Part shown: positions 1 through 10,500 of the stretch, piece by piece
How the letters are laid out: the number at the start of each line of letters is the position of its first letter
Numbering within the stretch: the first letter of the stretch is position 1
From: Macrostomum lignano
Lineage: Eukaryota
NCBI GenBank assembly: GCA_002269645.1
Contig: NIVC01001665.1
Coordinates: 1-64,000 of the forward strand
Direction of reading: 5' to 3'
DNA: 64,000 nucleotides
Translations under genes and position numbers: made by a program
The notes under the pieces: model-generated
What the model was told of the DNA's origin: nothing
Database searches by the model: none
What the model saw: the letters and a program-made list of their open reading frames with translations, nothing else

Positions 1-335
1 CGTAAATTGCAGCAAAACGTCCTGCAGAGGCAGGGGACGGACAGTCGCTATTAGATGAAGTAAACAGGAAATGCGCGCTTCCATTACTGGTTAAATGCAA
101 TCCGCAGTTAAAAAAATTACATCTAGCGCCGTGTGCAGCGATTTGAAATTGTACTACGAGCGTAGTTTCACTTGCAGCATGCATGATGCACTCAGTAGCT
201 AAAGCCATGTGTGCTACCATACATGGGTTGCATGAACACTGCAGTGTGTTTTAGTGAATAAATGCTGCAGTATATATTTGCGACATTTCAACTCAGTAGA
301 AACTGTAGACTCCTTTACAATTAGAGGTTTCAATC

Positions 336-770
336 ATGCACCCTAGGCTTAGATTGCATCAGCTGCTCAACATTTCGAACTCATTTGTTGATTATCAACA
401 ATCAAGCACTCGTCAGCCAGCAAAAAGTACAATTAGCAATCGATTGGTTGAACTGCTAGAATCGGCGCGATCAGTCCCGAGACACTCTGCAGCAATCACT
501 GTCAGTCCAGAGTCCTTTACTCCTAGCAAAATTTCCGATCATAAAGGAGCCATGCTATTCGTGGTTGCCGTGGTTACAGTGTACGCCATGGCCATATTCT
601 TCATGATCTTGTCGCATGTCGGACGCCGGGCAGCAAAGCACGACCTGGACAGAGAGATCGTGGCCTACCTCCGCCAGGCTCCAATTATTAAACTCGAAGA
701 GGAGCTGGCTGAGCGTAGACGGAGCTGCAAACTGGTTCTAGGCAGTCGAGCTTCGAAAATCGAAGTCTAG
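336..770 (+). CDS. Small single-pass membrane protein (144 aa), weakly KCNE/MiRP-like
   Basis: ATG-to-TAG ORF in non-repetitive sequence. One hydrophobic helix (GAMLFVVAVVTVYAMAIFFMILS) is followed by a basic stretch and a predicted helical C-tail. Family resemblance judged by eye only. Confidence 0.5.
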   Translation: MHPRLRLHQLLNISNSFVDYQQSSTRQPAKSTISNRLVELLESARSVPRHSAAITVSPESFTPSKISDHKGAMLFVVAVVTVYAMAIFFMILSHVGRRAAKHDLDREIVAYLRQAPIIKLEEELAERRRSCKLVLGSRASKIEV

Positions 771-1689
771 CTTTACCCGAACGATCGCGGGAAGGTGAAC
801 TGGCTGACTCGAGTGTGCAGCTTAATTACCAAAGTTTGATCTGATGTGTAGTTGCTAAATAGGATAAGATCTGTTTGCTTTAATATGCGACAAAAATATA
901 AACGCTAAAGAGCCAATGCCATCAATCAGCGATATATTTTTATCTTATGTTCGTCACTTTTAGAGAAGTTAAGTATAGGCTTAGGCTGACAGACGTGACT
1001 GTCCTTATGTCTGGCTGTCATGTATCTGTATCTTTTTTGTCTATACCTATTTGTCTGTGGCAAATGAAGTGACGATTACTTTTTTAAAGACATTTATTTG
1101 TAGAGTACTAGCGTAGTGCATCTGTGCAAAACTAAAGCAGGAAATAGAAACAGGATTAGGTGAAAGCATACTGTGTGTACATAAACCTTGTGCATTATAT
1201 GAAACCGGGTCTCATATACTATTGTAGATATGGCAGACTGAACTCTCACTGAAGATCAAATGGAGGCATGCAGTGCGCAAAGTCAGAAATGGTTGCATTT
1301 TTTGCGTTAAAAATCTATTTGTGCTGTAGCTCGTAGAAGTTAATTAAAATTAATTGGGGAACATATGTATTAAAGGCAAGTGCTGAAAATATCAGCATGT
1401 CAGAATCACTTATTACAGGTACACTCATAGCTGATAACAATTCTATTTTTCTAAATGCTCGAACCATTAATTTCTAGACTGAACTGAAACCTCTTCAATT
1501 CTCTTTTTCTTAGCTCAGTTGCAGGTCCCAATATCGATCCCATTGACACTGACTGACTCGTCTGTCGCCGTTCGGTTCCCGGTGGAGACAGCGACGCAGC
1601 GGCGAAAATATCCGCCCGATCCAAACACTTTCATAGTATAGTTGCCAGCTGCTTGAGTCCAGTCAGCTCGATTGTCGTCTCTAAAGGAT

Positions 1690-3830
1690 TTAGATTTTAA
1701 ACCTTAATTTCGACACTTATCATTGGCGAGCTGCGAAGAAAAAGCAGCAATATGTATTCTGGAAGAAACCAGCCAACATCAGGAGGCCAGACAATCTACG
1801 GCCTTTTCTTCAAAAGCAACGGCAGATGCCAGCGGCCCATCAGTTCAGCAAAAGCTCGGGTCCAAAAAAGACTGATGGATCGACGCCGCGCTCGCCGCCT
1901 TAGCCTACCGTCTCAACTGCTGTTTGCCTGCGCTGGTTGAGTCCCTGATCAAAAAGGAGGTCAAGACCAGCGGCTGTGTCGCGCATCAGAGCTGGGACGG
2001 AAGAGTTATCCTCGTCAAAGTCAGCCCGTTTGGAGCCATCAAGAAGAGCAAGATTTCTTATCTCCGACTTCTTCAATAAGTGTACGAGTAGCACTGTGCG
2101 GCATCCAATGTTGAGCGTCCCCGTCTAAAACAGTTCTGATGTTCGTCGAAGATGTTCAGTTTTTCTTACCAGCTGTTCAGTCTGCGATTATTCTGAGTTC
2201 TGCTGTCCATTGGTGGATTAAAGCTCCAAGGAGTACAGAGGAGTAAGCGCACTCCTCTGTAGTTGTTTTGGGTCGTTTCTATCGCCCTTCTTGAACATTG
2301 TCATGATTGCCAATTGCCAACATTGCCTGTTTTTAGAGTTTCTTCCCATTTACCTGCTCTTTTTATCAACTGCTTTGATGTACATATAGCTAGCGGACCT
2401 CATCTTTACCTGGGACCGAGTCTTTTACTTTCTTGATTGCTTGCTTAATCTCTTCCTCTCGGGTCATGGCTGTTTTGCCAGGCATCGCTACCTCTAGGAA
2501 AAATGCTTACAGAGGAATGCCCATTCTGCCTCTCCGGTGTTGAGAATGCGGAGCTGCACTTCATCTCTGAATGTTCCGCCTTTATTCTGGCAAGACAGGC
2601 TCACCAACCTCGGCCCAAACCCGGACCTCTCTGACGTTTTTATTTCTGCCAGCTCTTGCGCTACTTGAGGGCTAACGGGCGAGTGACTATCAATCTCCTG
2701 GACCTCCCTGCGCAACACCGCAGCACCAGCTACACGTGGTCGCCAGTGGTTTGCGGAATGGGCGCCAACGCCTTCCCGCGCAGTGTCCGGATGCCCGGAA
2801 CCCCTGCAGCTGAGTCAAGTCAAGTAATCTCTTCTTCGGTTGATATGAGGTTCATCGTCGCATGTCTCTCCTCCGAGGATCTTTTAAGACCCCGTTAGTT
2901 TCAAATTTTCACGGATTTTCACCTTGCATCTTTTGGATCACATTTTTCAATTAGGTCTTCAACGTCTTCTGTTGAGATGATCTCGAACTGGTGTTGAATC
3001 TGCTGTTTCGCTGCACTAGTTTTTTCATGGCCTGTTATTGTACATGATTCTTGGGTTATCCCTTTCACTCGCTGCGATACTTTCTGAGATTATTTCTTTC
3101 CACCATTCTTTTAGTTTTATATTTAGTTCTTTTCTCACCTCTTGAGATTGTTTTGATATCCTTTCATGTAGTCGATTCCGCTAGAATGTTGCTTTCCTCG
3201 ACTAGTATGAATTGATTTTGTCATGTATTGCTTTCAGTTCTCTAGCATGGATGATTGTCTAAAGGTTAGCTATATAGTCTTCCTCTTTGTTCTACATGTT
3301 TCTGTTGCCGCGTTGCATCGGTTAGTTAGTACTTGTGCGATCTCGTCCCAGTTCAGTTTCTCTTTATCATGCTTTCTCAAGTTTTCTTGACTTTCCGTTT
3401 CTTGAGTTTCTCTTCTGTGTTTTTGTGAGGGTAATCGTGAGATGTTTATTGTCTGATAAGGCGAATTCCTCCGTTGCGTAGATTTTCATTGCCCTGATCT
3501 TGTGCCTGTCTTCCTCAGCTTCCTCATGATGAAACCATCCTGTTCGTACCATTTCTTTGTGGCTTTGTAGGTTCCTCTTTTCTATACGGTGAGTTACTGT
3601 TGGCGAGTTTGTTGATCGAACACCAGTCAATCAAGTCCTGTCCTGCTTCTTTGGTGTTTGTCGTCAGTCTGCATTCCCCTGTTACCGTCCTCTTTCTGGC
3701 ATTCTCTGCTTGCCATCGATCATCTTTTGCAGGGCTTTGTGACTCCTATGCTCTCTGCTCGGATCTCCGTTTCCGTTACATGTACGAGCGTAGCACAACT
3801 TCCCTCCTCCCCTTTATATATTAGGCTATT
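1690..3830 (-). mobile_element. Decayed non-LTR retrotransposon (RTE-like LINE; APE endonuclease + RT remnants)
   Basis: Minus-strand frameshifted motifs: endonuclease AGQDLIDWCSINKLANSNSP (~3580-3640), RT FKKGDRNDPK/NYRG (~2260-2310) and EHQNCFRRGRSTLDA (~2100-2145). Many stops and indels; boundaries approximate. Confidence 0.7.
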
Positions 3831-4218
3831 ATGTATTGTAGTGTTATGTTTGTTATGATTGTTATGCTATGTATTCGAAGTCTCTATCGACTGCTATCTC
3901 GATCCCTTGGAGGTTCAATCAACTCTTAAAAACAGATGTCGCTGCGAACACAGCTTCGATCAGTCGCTCTCGCTCGAGTAGCATAAATCTCCACTGCTCA
4001 AGTGTCACTCCTTCCAGTAGAACTTGCTCATCTTCAACCACGTCGGCTTCCGTCAAACTATTTTTAAGATTTGACTTCATAAAGGCACAGATAGTACTCG
4101 TACTTGTCGACGGTTGACGTTTGACGTCAGAGTATATGTTAATCTGCTAAATAAGGCCAACAAGATAATGAATAAAACCTTGGCTAGCCCTGGATAAAAA
4201 TCCTGGCTAATCCTGGAC

Positions 4219-4261
4219 TAGCTGGGTAATTGAGGGTGTGTGTGACGACCCCCCCCCCCAG
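4219..4261 (+). mobile_element. SINE fragment (left half of a copy split by the LTR)
   Basis: agctgggtaattgagggtgtgtgtgacgacc matches the body of the SINE at 32049-32335. Confidence 0.7.
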
Positions 4262-5500
4262 TGTAGAGATTTCCAAAATACAGTATGAGCAGACTACTAG
4301 AAGTAGTACAATATAATATGTTAAGAACCAAAAATTTTAAATGTCGCGTTCAAACCCTATTCTTGGAACTTCCAAATATGGCAAAATCGACCCAATTATT
4401 TTCACCTTTTCAATTCGAAAGCCCCACCTGTCAAATGATAAAATTCCTTTCTTGACCTAATCAAAAAACCGGTTTGAGTTCAAGTTCGACTCAAATTAGG
4501 TATAAATATAAGCGAAAAATCCGAGCTGAAATCCCAGACTCGGAGCAGCCTCAAAGAAGCCTCAAAAGAGCTTGAAACTTATCCAGAACCACCACTGGAA
4601 AGAGGCTACATCTCTGAGAGAATTTTATGCCAATGGGTTAGCCTTTGTTGAAGTTTTTGTTATTTTATTGTTGAGAGCTGTGTCATTGCCGGCCGTTTTC
4701 GTTCCATTGATTTATATTGAGTCATTGAATTAAATGCCTCCCTATTACTAAGGGATTGGATAGGATCCACTTGGATCGATTCCGATACTCTTGACGATTA
4801 TTGATTGATTGATTATTGGTACCCTAGAGTAACAGGGAAGGGCATACGACTCCGATTCTGTTATTTCTATTGTAGAAGAAGCCCTTTTGGAGGACCTCGT
4901 TATTGTTATAGAGTTGATTTTATTATTAGGGCGCATCCCGGATATCGGTGATTGCTGACCACAAGGAATACATTAACGTCGACGGATTAAATTGTTACGT
5001 TCGTTAAAGTGCTCTCATATTCGACTGACTTCCGATTCCAAGCAAGGACGACTAATGTAACGTAGTAACGTAGCAATTTTAGATGATTTTTGGTATATAG
5101 GACTGTACTGTTGACAAGTATTTTGAGATTTTTCAAGTCCGAATTGTTCAACTTATTGATGTCTTAAATGAAAGGGCATATGTTACTGCCTATTCTGCGC
5201 AGAAATAAGCATCTTACGATCAATAGCGTACACAGGAGATGCATTGAAAAATCGGCCTCCAATGAAATTTTCACCAATTCTGAGTCTTGCGTCCTTCTAC
5301 TTAAGTAGTCCTTGATTCCAAGACCTGCCCGACAACAAGAGGAGCCCACAATAGTAAGTGATCACTACATTCTGCTCCCAGACTCACGGTCTGGAAGTGG
5401 GAGTTCGTGCGTTTAGACACTAGATCTAATTCTGGCTCTCTCTTTCTCCCTCTCTTTCCCTCTCTCTCTCTCTCTCTAATGTGCTAAAGCGAACTCTTCA
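4262..5500. mobile_element. Solo LTR (1239 bp) with 4-bp target-site duplication CCAG
   Basis: Starts TGTAGAG and ends CTCTTCA (TG...CA, imperfect terminal inverted repeat). Flanked by CCAG at 4258-4261 and 5501-5504. Removing it rejoins a contiguous SINE sequence. Confidence 0.75.
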
Positions 5501-5530
5501 CCAGTCCTAGGACTAAACAGCCGTACGATT
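5501..5530 (+). mobile_element. SINE fragment (right half of the split copy)
   Basis: ccagtcctaggactaaacagccgtacg matches ccagtccttggactgaacagccgtacg in the 32049 copy. Confidence 0.7.
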
Positions 5531-5829
5531 GCACAGGAGACGCTCCTGAGAGACTCCTGAAGAAAAAAATCTGCAGTAAGAATAATCCGAACGCTATATT
5601 AGTTTTTTGAGTTTCAAGTGGATAAGAATCGATTGAAAGATTTAAAGCAGTAATTTTTTAGCTGGGATTGGCCAGCACTGGACCAGGGTGTTTGGAGGTG
5701 GGCTTTGCGTTGCACGCTCGAGTTAATGAACTTCAAAAATTTCTTATGACGACAAGTCTATAAATTTAGCATTGGAGTATTGTGCGATTTCTTCTATAGC
5801 ATGTGCCTCTAGGAAGCAGAAATTTATTA

Positions 5830-6353
5830 GGCCGTATGAATAAACTGAGCAAATGCTCTTGAGCAAATGCTCGCACTCTGAGCTGGAGCATTTGCTCGAG
5901 GCTGAGTAAATGCTCTGAATCCGAGCAAATGCAACAATTCAGTATGAATAAACAAAAAACTCAGACTCAGAGTAATTGCTCAGCCGCTTGAGCAGCAGCT
6001 TGACTGCTTTAGGCTTGAGTTCACTTGAAGCTTGACCATGGACTAGGACTTCCATGTGAAAAAAGAGCCTGATTAAAGCAATAGCAAGAGATTTCTTACA
6101 AGAGAAAAAATGAAAACACAGTGGCTTTTACCGGCTGAGTCAGCTTTAGAGCTGCCTCAGCGTTTTTTGAGCAAATGCTCCGCTCTTTTGTTTATGACCA
6201 TGTTTTTATTCTTACTGACTGGAGCAATTGCTCTGCAGCCGAGAACTTTCTCAGGAATCTGAGAAATTTGCTCCCGAGTAAGAGCTCAGCTTATTCTTAC
6301 TGACCTGAGCATTTTCTGGAGTTTGAGAATTTGCTCAGTTTATTCACACGGCC
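5830..6353. mobile_element. MITE / non-autonomous DNA transposon (524 bp)
   Basis: 25-bp terminal inverted repeats GGCCGT(A/G)TGAATAAACTGAGCAAAT with 1 mismatch, flanked by TA on both sides. Many subterminal GAGCAAATGCTC-type repeats; no ORF. Confidence 0.85.
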
Positions 6354-6512
6354 TATTGATTGCGAACAGCTGGATATTACGAGCCATTAAAACGAAGGCC
6401 GTATTTCTACTCTTGCTACTCTTGAGGGTCCATTAGGGTATTTGTGGGGTGGGGGCCAACTAATCTTTTACGCAGGTTAAGCATTTCAGAATCGGTGGGA
6501 ACTTGGGAACTG

Positions 6513-6534
6513 ATGTCATCGAGTCTGGAAGGAG
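6513..6534 (+). CDS. Probable first coding exon of the very large GTPase (MSSSLEG)
   Basis: ATG...GGA G|gtaacg is a phase-1 donor matching the phase-1 acceptor tttcag|TG ACT AAA at 7529, which opens the long ORF (that ORF begins with GTG, not ATG). Confidence 0.5.
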
Positions 6535-7527
6535 GTAACGAGTTGGAGAAGGCGACATCTGATGACGCACGACGGGAACGAAAGAACGGAAGGGCGTGTG
6601 AAATATCGCAGAAGACTGGGGTGCTGGACTAGATGACTGGGAACTGCGCGGGCAATAATTACTATTAATATAAGTATGATTTTGACTAAATTATCACTGC
6701 CTTCTATTCTCTAAAAACTCTACATACTCTCCAAGTTGTAATATCTGCAAGTTCTACTGTGCGTGCCTTCGCTACTGCTCATTACTTGGGTAAGACTGAG
6801 CGTGCCATGACTATGTAATTTGATTATGATCACTTAAGTAATTAGCATTAGATATGCAGATCAGATAGAGTAGTAATGGCTAAATCAGCCCCAGTGCTAG
6901 GCGATGGAATTGCTCAGACTTACCCCCCCCCCACTGCTTAGCTTGTTAATATTCATAATTCATCGGTTTAATAATTGTATAAATATATTAAGTTAGGGAT
7001 ACATAATCATCAATTATCAATTATCAATTTACTTATTCAAATCAGAGTAGTTCGTGTTAGTGGGGCTGATGATCAGCGAAGGCTGAGTGGGTTAGTGAGC
7101 GGATAATAAATATAATATTAACTATATGTAAGGTTCTTAGTTTGCGGCCAACTAGGAAACTTATAAGGCTCTCAGCTGTAGCTTGCAACATCCAAGCTGC
7201 AAACATGTTCCACTAAGAATGCATCACCTCCATTTTTGAAACAGTTTTGTTTTAGACGCCGGCAAAGTTTATTGTTTTATGTAACACTGCTGATATTTCT
7301 TTCAGGCTCTAATTCTGGTGGTCTTTGATAAACATACAAGCTCACTTTAATCGGGGAGCCCCCTTTAAGTATGCGATATTGACTTTATGTAGCTTATCAT
7401 TTTTATTTTTAATGGATGGAGCACGACCTCTACAATTCTTGTGCCCGGTAGTTCTCCCCTAACACCCAAAATAGTTTTAGGGACGCGTCTATTTTTTCAA
7501 CAATATAAGTAGTCCCCTTGAATTTCA

Positions 7528-10500
7528 GTGACTAAAGCAAACGAAGCAAAAGCCTCAGAAGTTTGGTTCGGCATGAGTAGCACCAGTCCTGGCGATGAAG
7601 ATGACAGAAATGCGGCTGCAGCTCGAGCTTACGTATTGGCTGAACATCGACAGTCGAGTGACACTCGTCCAGCCAGAGTTCTTGCTAAAGACAAGCAAGT
7701 TCAGCTTCTAATGGGACAAGATGTTAAAAAGGATGCAGATTCGCTGAGTTCTGATGAACAGCAGATCAGGGAAAAAATCGATCAAAGTGTCCAACAGCAG
7801 CAACAGCAACTTTCGAGTCACTGCCCGTCATCCGAAATCCCTCTGCAGAATGTGAATTCCGCATCAGGTAATTACCTACAAAGGGGATGGGTATTTGAGG
7901 ATGAAGAATGGCACAAATGTGACCGCCAGCTTGTCAACATTGTGGAGGTGTGTCCGAGCTCGCCTGAGTTCGAACAAGATTTAGATCACAAGGATGCTTA
8001 CAAAGATGAGCAGCACAAAAAACTCAGAAAGAATGTAGCATCATTGGGCTGGTCGGCATCACTCAAAGCTAAGGGAGAAATGGTTGATAAGCCCATAGCA
8101 GGTGCAGTAGGCTTCGGTACTTCTTCTGTAAAAGAGGATGGCAAAAGTCAGGATGAACTTCAAACCATTCAGTTCTTTTCCCGTAGCATTGTGAAGTTTC
8201 AAGCAGCAGCAGCCTGCAGTCTCAATGATAGACAGCTGCAACTAACTGAACCAGCGATTGAGGAGCTACAGAAAATTGAAGCGCAGATCTTACTCAGAGG
8301 AGAGGCCAGTCAGTCAGTCAGCCAGTCAACTGCTGCGTTCTTCAAAAAATTTGGCAGCCACGCCACCTGCGGCATTGTTCATTTTGGTGCTGCATCAATC
8401 ACTTCTGCTGTGTATCAAAGTGAAAAAAAGCGCTCTTTCGAAGAAGTCAAGTGGCTTGCAAATTCGAAGCTGCATGCTTGCCTTCCAGTTGCTTTCGCTG
8501 CTATCTTTGGAGTAACTGCATCCGGTGAACGCGACAGGCTGCAAGGAGACAGTGTGACGGAATCGCATCACAGTGAAATGTCGGAGGTGAACATTAAGAC
8601 TAAGGAGGTCGGCAAAATAACTTCAAGTGAGTCAGAGACACATTTGGCATCTGATCTGGCAGTCATTCGGGTAAGTGACTGCAAAATAGGTGTGTGGACT
8701 CTGGTAAGGCGTTGCGAAGAGAAATTTAAGGACGCAAAAGGTTTGTCTCGTTTACTCAAATCCATTTGGCAGTCGCTCACTGGACTTACAGAGGATCCGC
8801 AGACAATAGACGAAGATTACGAAGCTATCGCCTCAGCTGAATCATTTCTGAAGGAGCTGTGCAGTCAGTTGACTGAGTCACAGCTAACTCCTCACCAATG
8901 GGAAAGTCAGCTTAAAATCCTGTGTAGCAAACTGCAAGCTATCGACGATCGCACAGCTCCTGAGCGCAAAGGTATGAGCTGGACAGGCATGCCGTCTCTA
9001 CGCAGAGTTTTTCAGTCTCTACTGCAGGTCAAAGACCAGTTTGATGACATTGAGGCTACATCGATAAAGTCGCATCTAAAACACATGATGCACATGGCAG
9101 GAAACTGCGACTTTCCACTGAGACTCGAAATTGCTGAGCTGATCTGCAGTGACTCTATTGATCCACTGAAATATTCGATACTCTCTGATAGCAAGGTCAC
9201 AAGTCCTGAACAACTCGTGAATCTTATGCATGATCGAGTTATACCTGATGTACGCAATGCGATCGCTCAGCAGACAATCGGCAAAGGGAACATACTTCAG
9301 GTGGTTAGGCAGGATCTTACAGCAGCAGTGAGATACCTTCTGGAGCAAATGAGGGAAAATTCTAATCGCAGCGAGATGTTCGTTACAAGCTTGGTCTTGG
9401 GGACCTACTCATTTCAACTGAAGGAGCAGGCCTTTGATCTGCTGCTCACTCTGGAGAAGCTGGAGCAGTTCACAGAAGCGCTTGGTGATAAAATTAAATT
9501 TCTGAAGTCGCTAGAGAGAAGCTCAGAGTCAGAATTCGTACAGTTAAGTCTGCTCAAACTCCTCATTGATAGCTACGGAGATTCCTGTAACAACGCAAAT
9601 GCTATGCAGCTACTCAGCATCTATGGCCAAAACTCATGGACTCCTGAAGTGCAAGAAGCAGTAGAGTCGTTTCAGGCATCAGGCGACTGGAGCAAATTAA
9701 GTGAAGCTGTGAACAAAATGCTGGGTAACTTCAAGTCAGACGGTTCACGTTGGCGTGTGGAGTTGGGGGAGCAGAGAGTGCGGACTATGAGCAATACATC
9801 CAGTACATACGAGGATGCAGCAGCAGATTTACTGTGTCTGGAATCGCTGACAAACAAGCAAAATGAAGTGCTGGAGACTCTTGGACTGCAGGACAAGTTT
9901 CCTGGAAATATTTCCCTCGGTGAAGTGATGGAGCTAAGAGATGAGCAATTAGAAGCTCAGATTCTGGTGAAGGATATTAAAGATTTGCCACTGCTCATGC
10001 TGAAAGCAGTCGTCATGACTAACTACAAGACATTCAGGAGCATCGTTTCAGAGGCACAACAAGCATTGTGTAATAAAAAACAGTTGGAACCTAGTGGATA
10101 TGGTTGGTCTGATGATTATGACTCAGAGCCCGAATCATTGCACCCTACACCAGATTCATCATCGAATTCTGTGTATGACAACCCAGACGTTTCCGATCAT
10201 GCTGAACTTCTCCACTCTGACGTCTTCCTGATCACGTTTCTTTGCTGCGATGCTCGGCTGAAGCAGATAGTTGCAGAGAAACTGTTCGACTGCAAACTTG
10301 CTGTACCTGTTGCCTGCTGCTTCACTCCAAGTTTGCCACTTCTATTCGTCTGGCCTCTCAGGTCATGCGTGCTCAAGTTCCGCAATACGAAAGATCCATG
10401 TGGTCGGCAGTCCGCTCTGAAGTCGTTGGATTCTGATACGTTTGATGTGGTGTCGGTGCTTAGACTAGGCACAAATGCACTTTCAAAATCTGAGCTTATC

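Noticed and set aside
4817-4975. Faint resemblance to mitochondrial 16S rRNA (gtaccctagagtaacag, gacctcg)
   Set aside because: Only short scattered matches with wrong spacing and no conserved core such as CTCGATGTTGG; it lies within the solo LTR, so chance is likelier than a NUMT.
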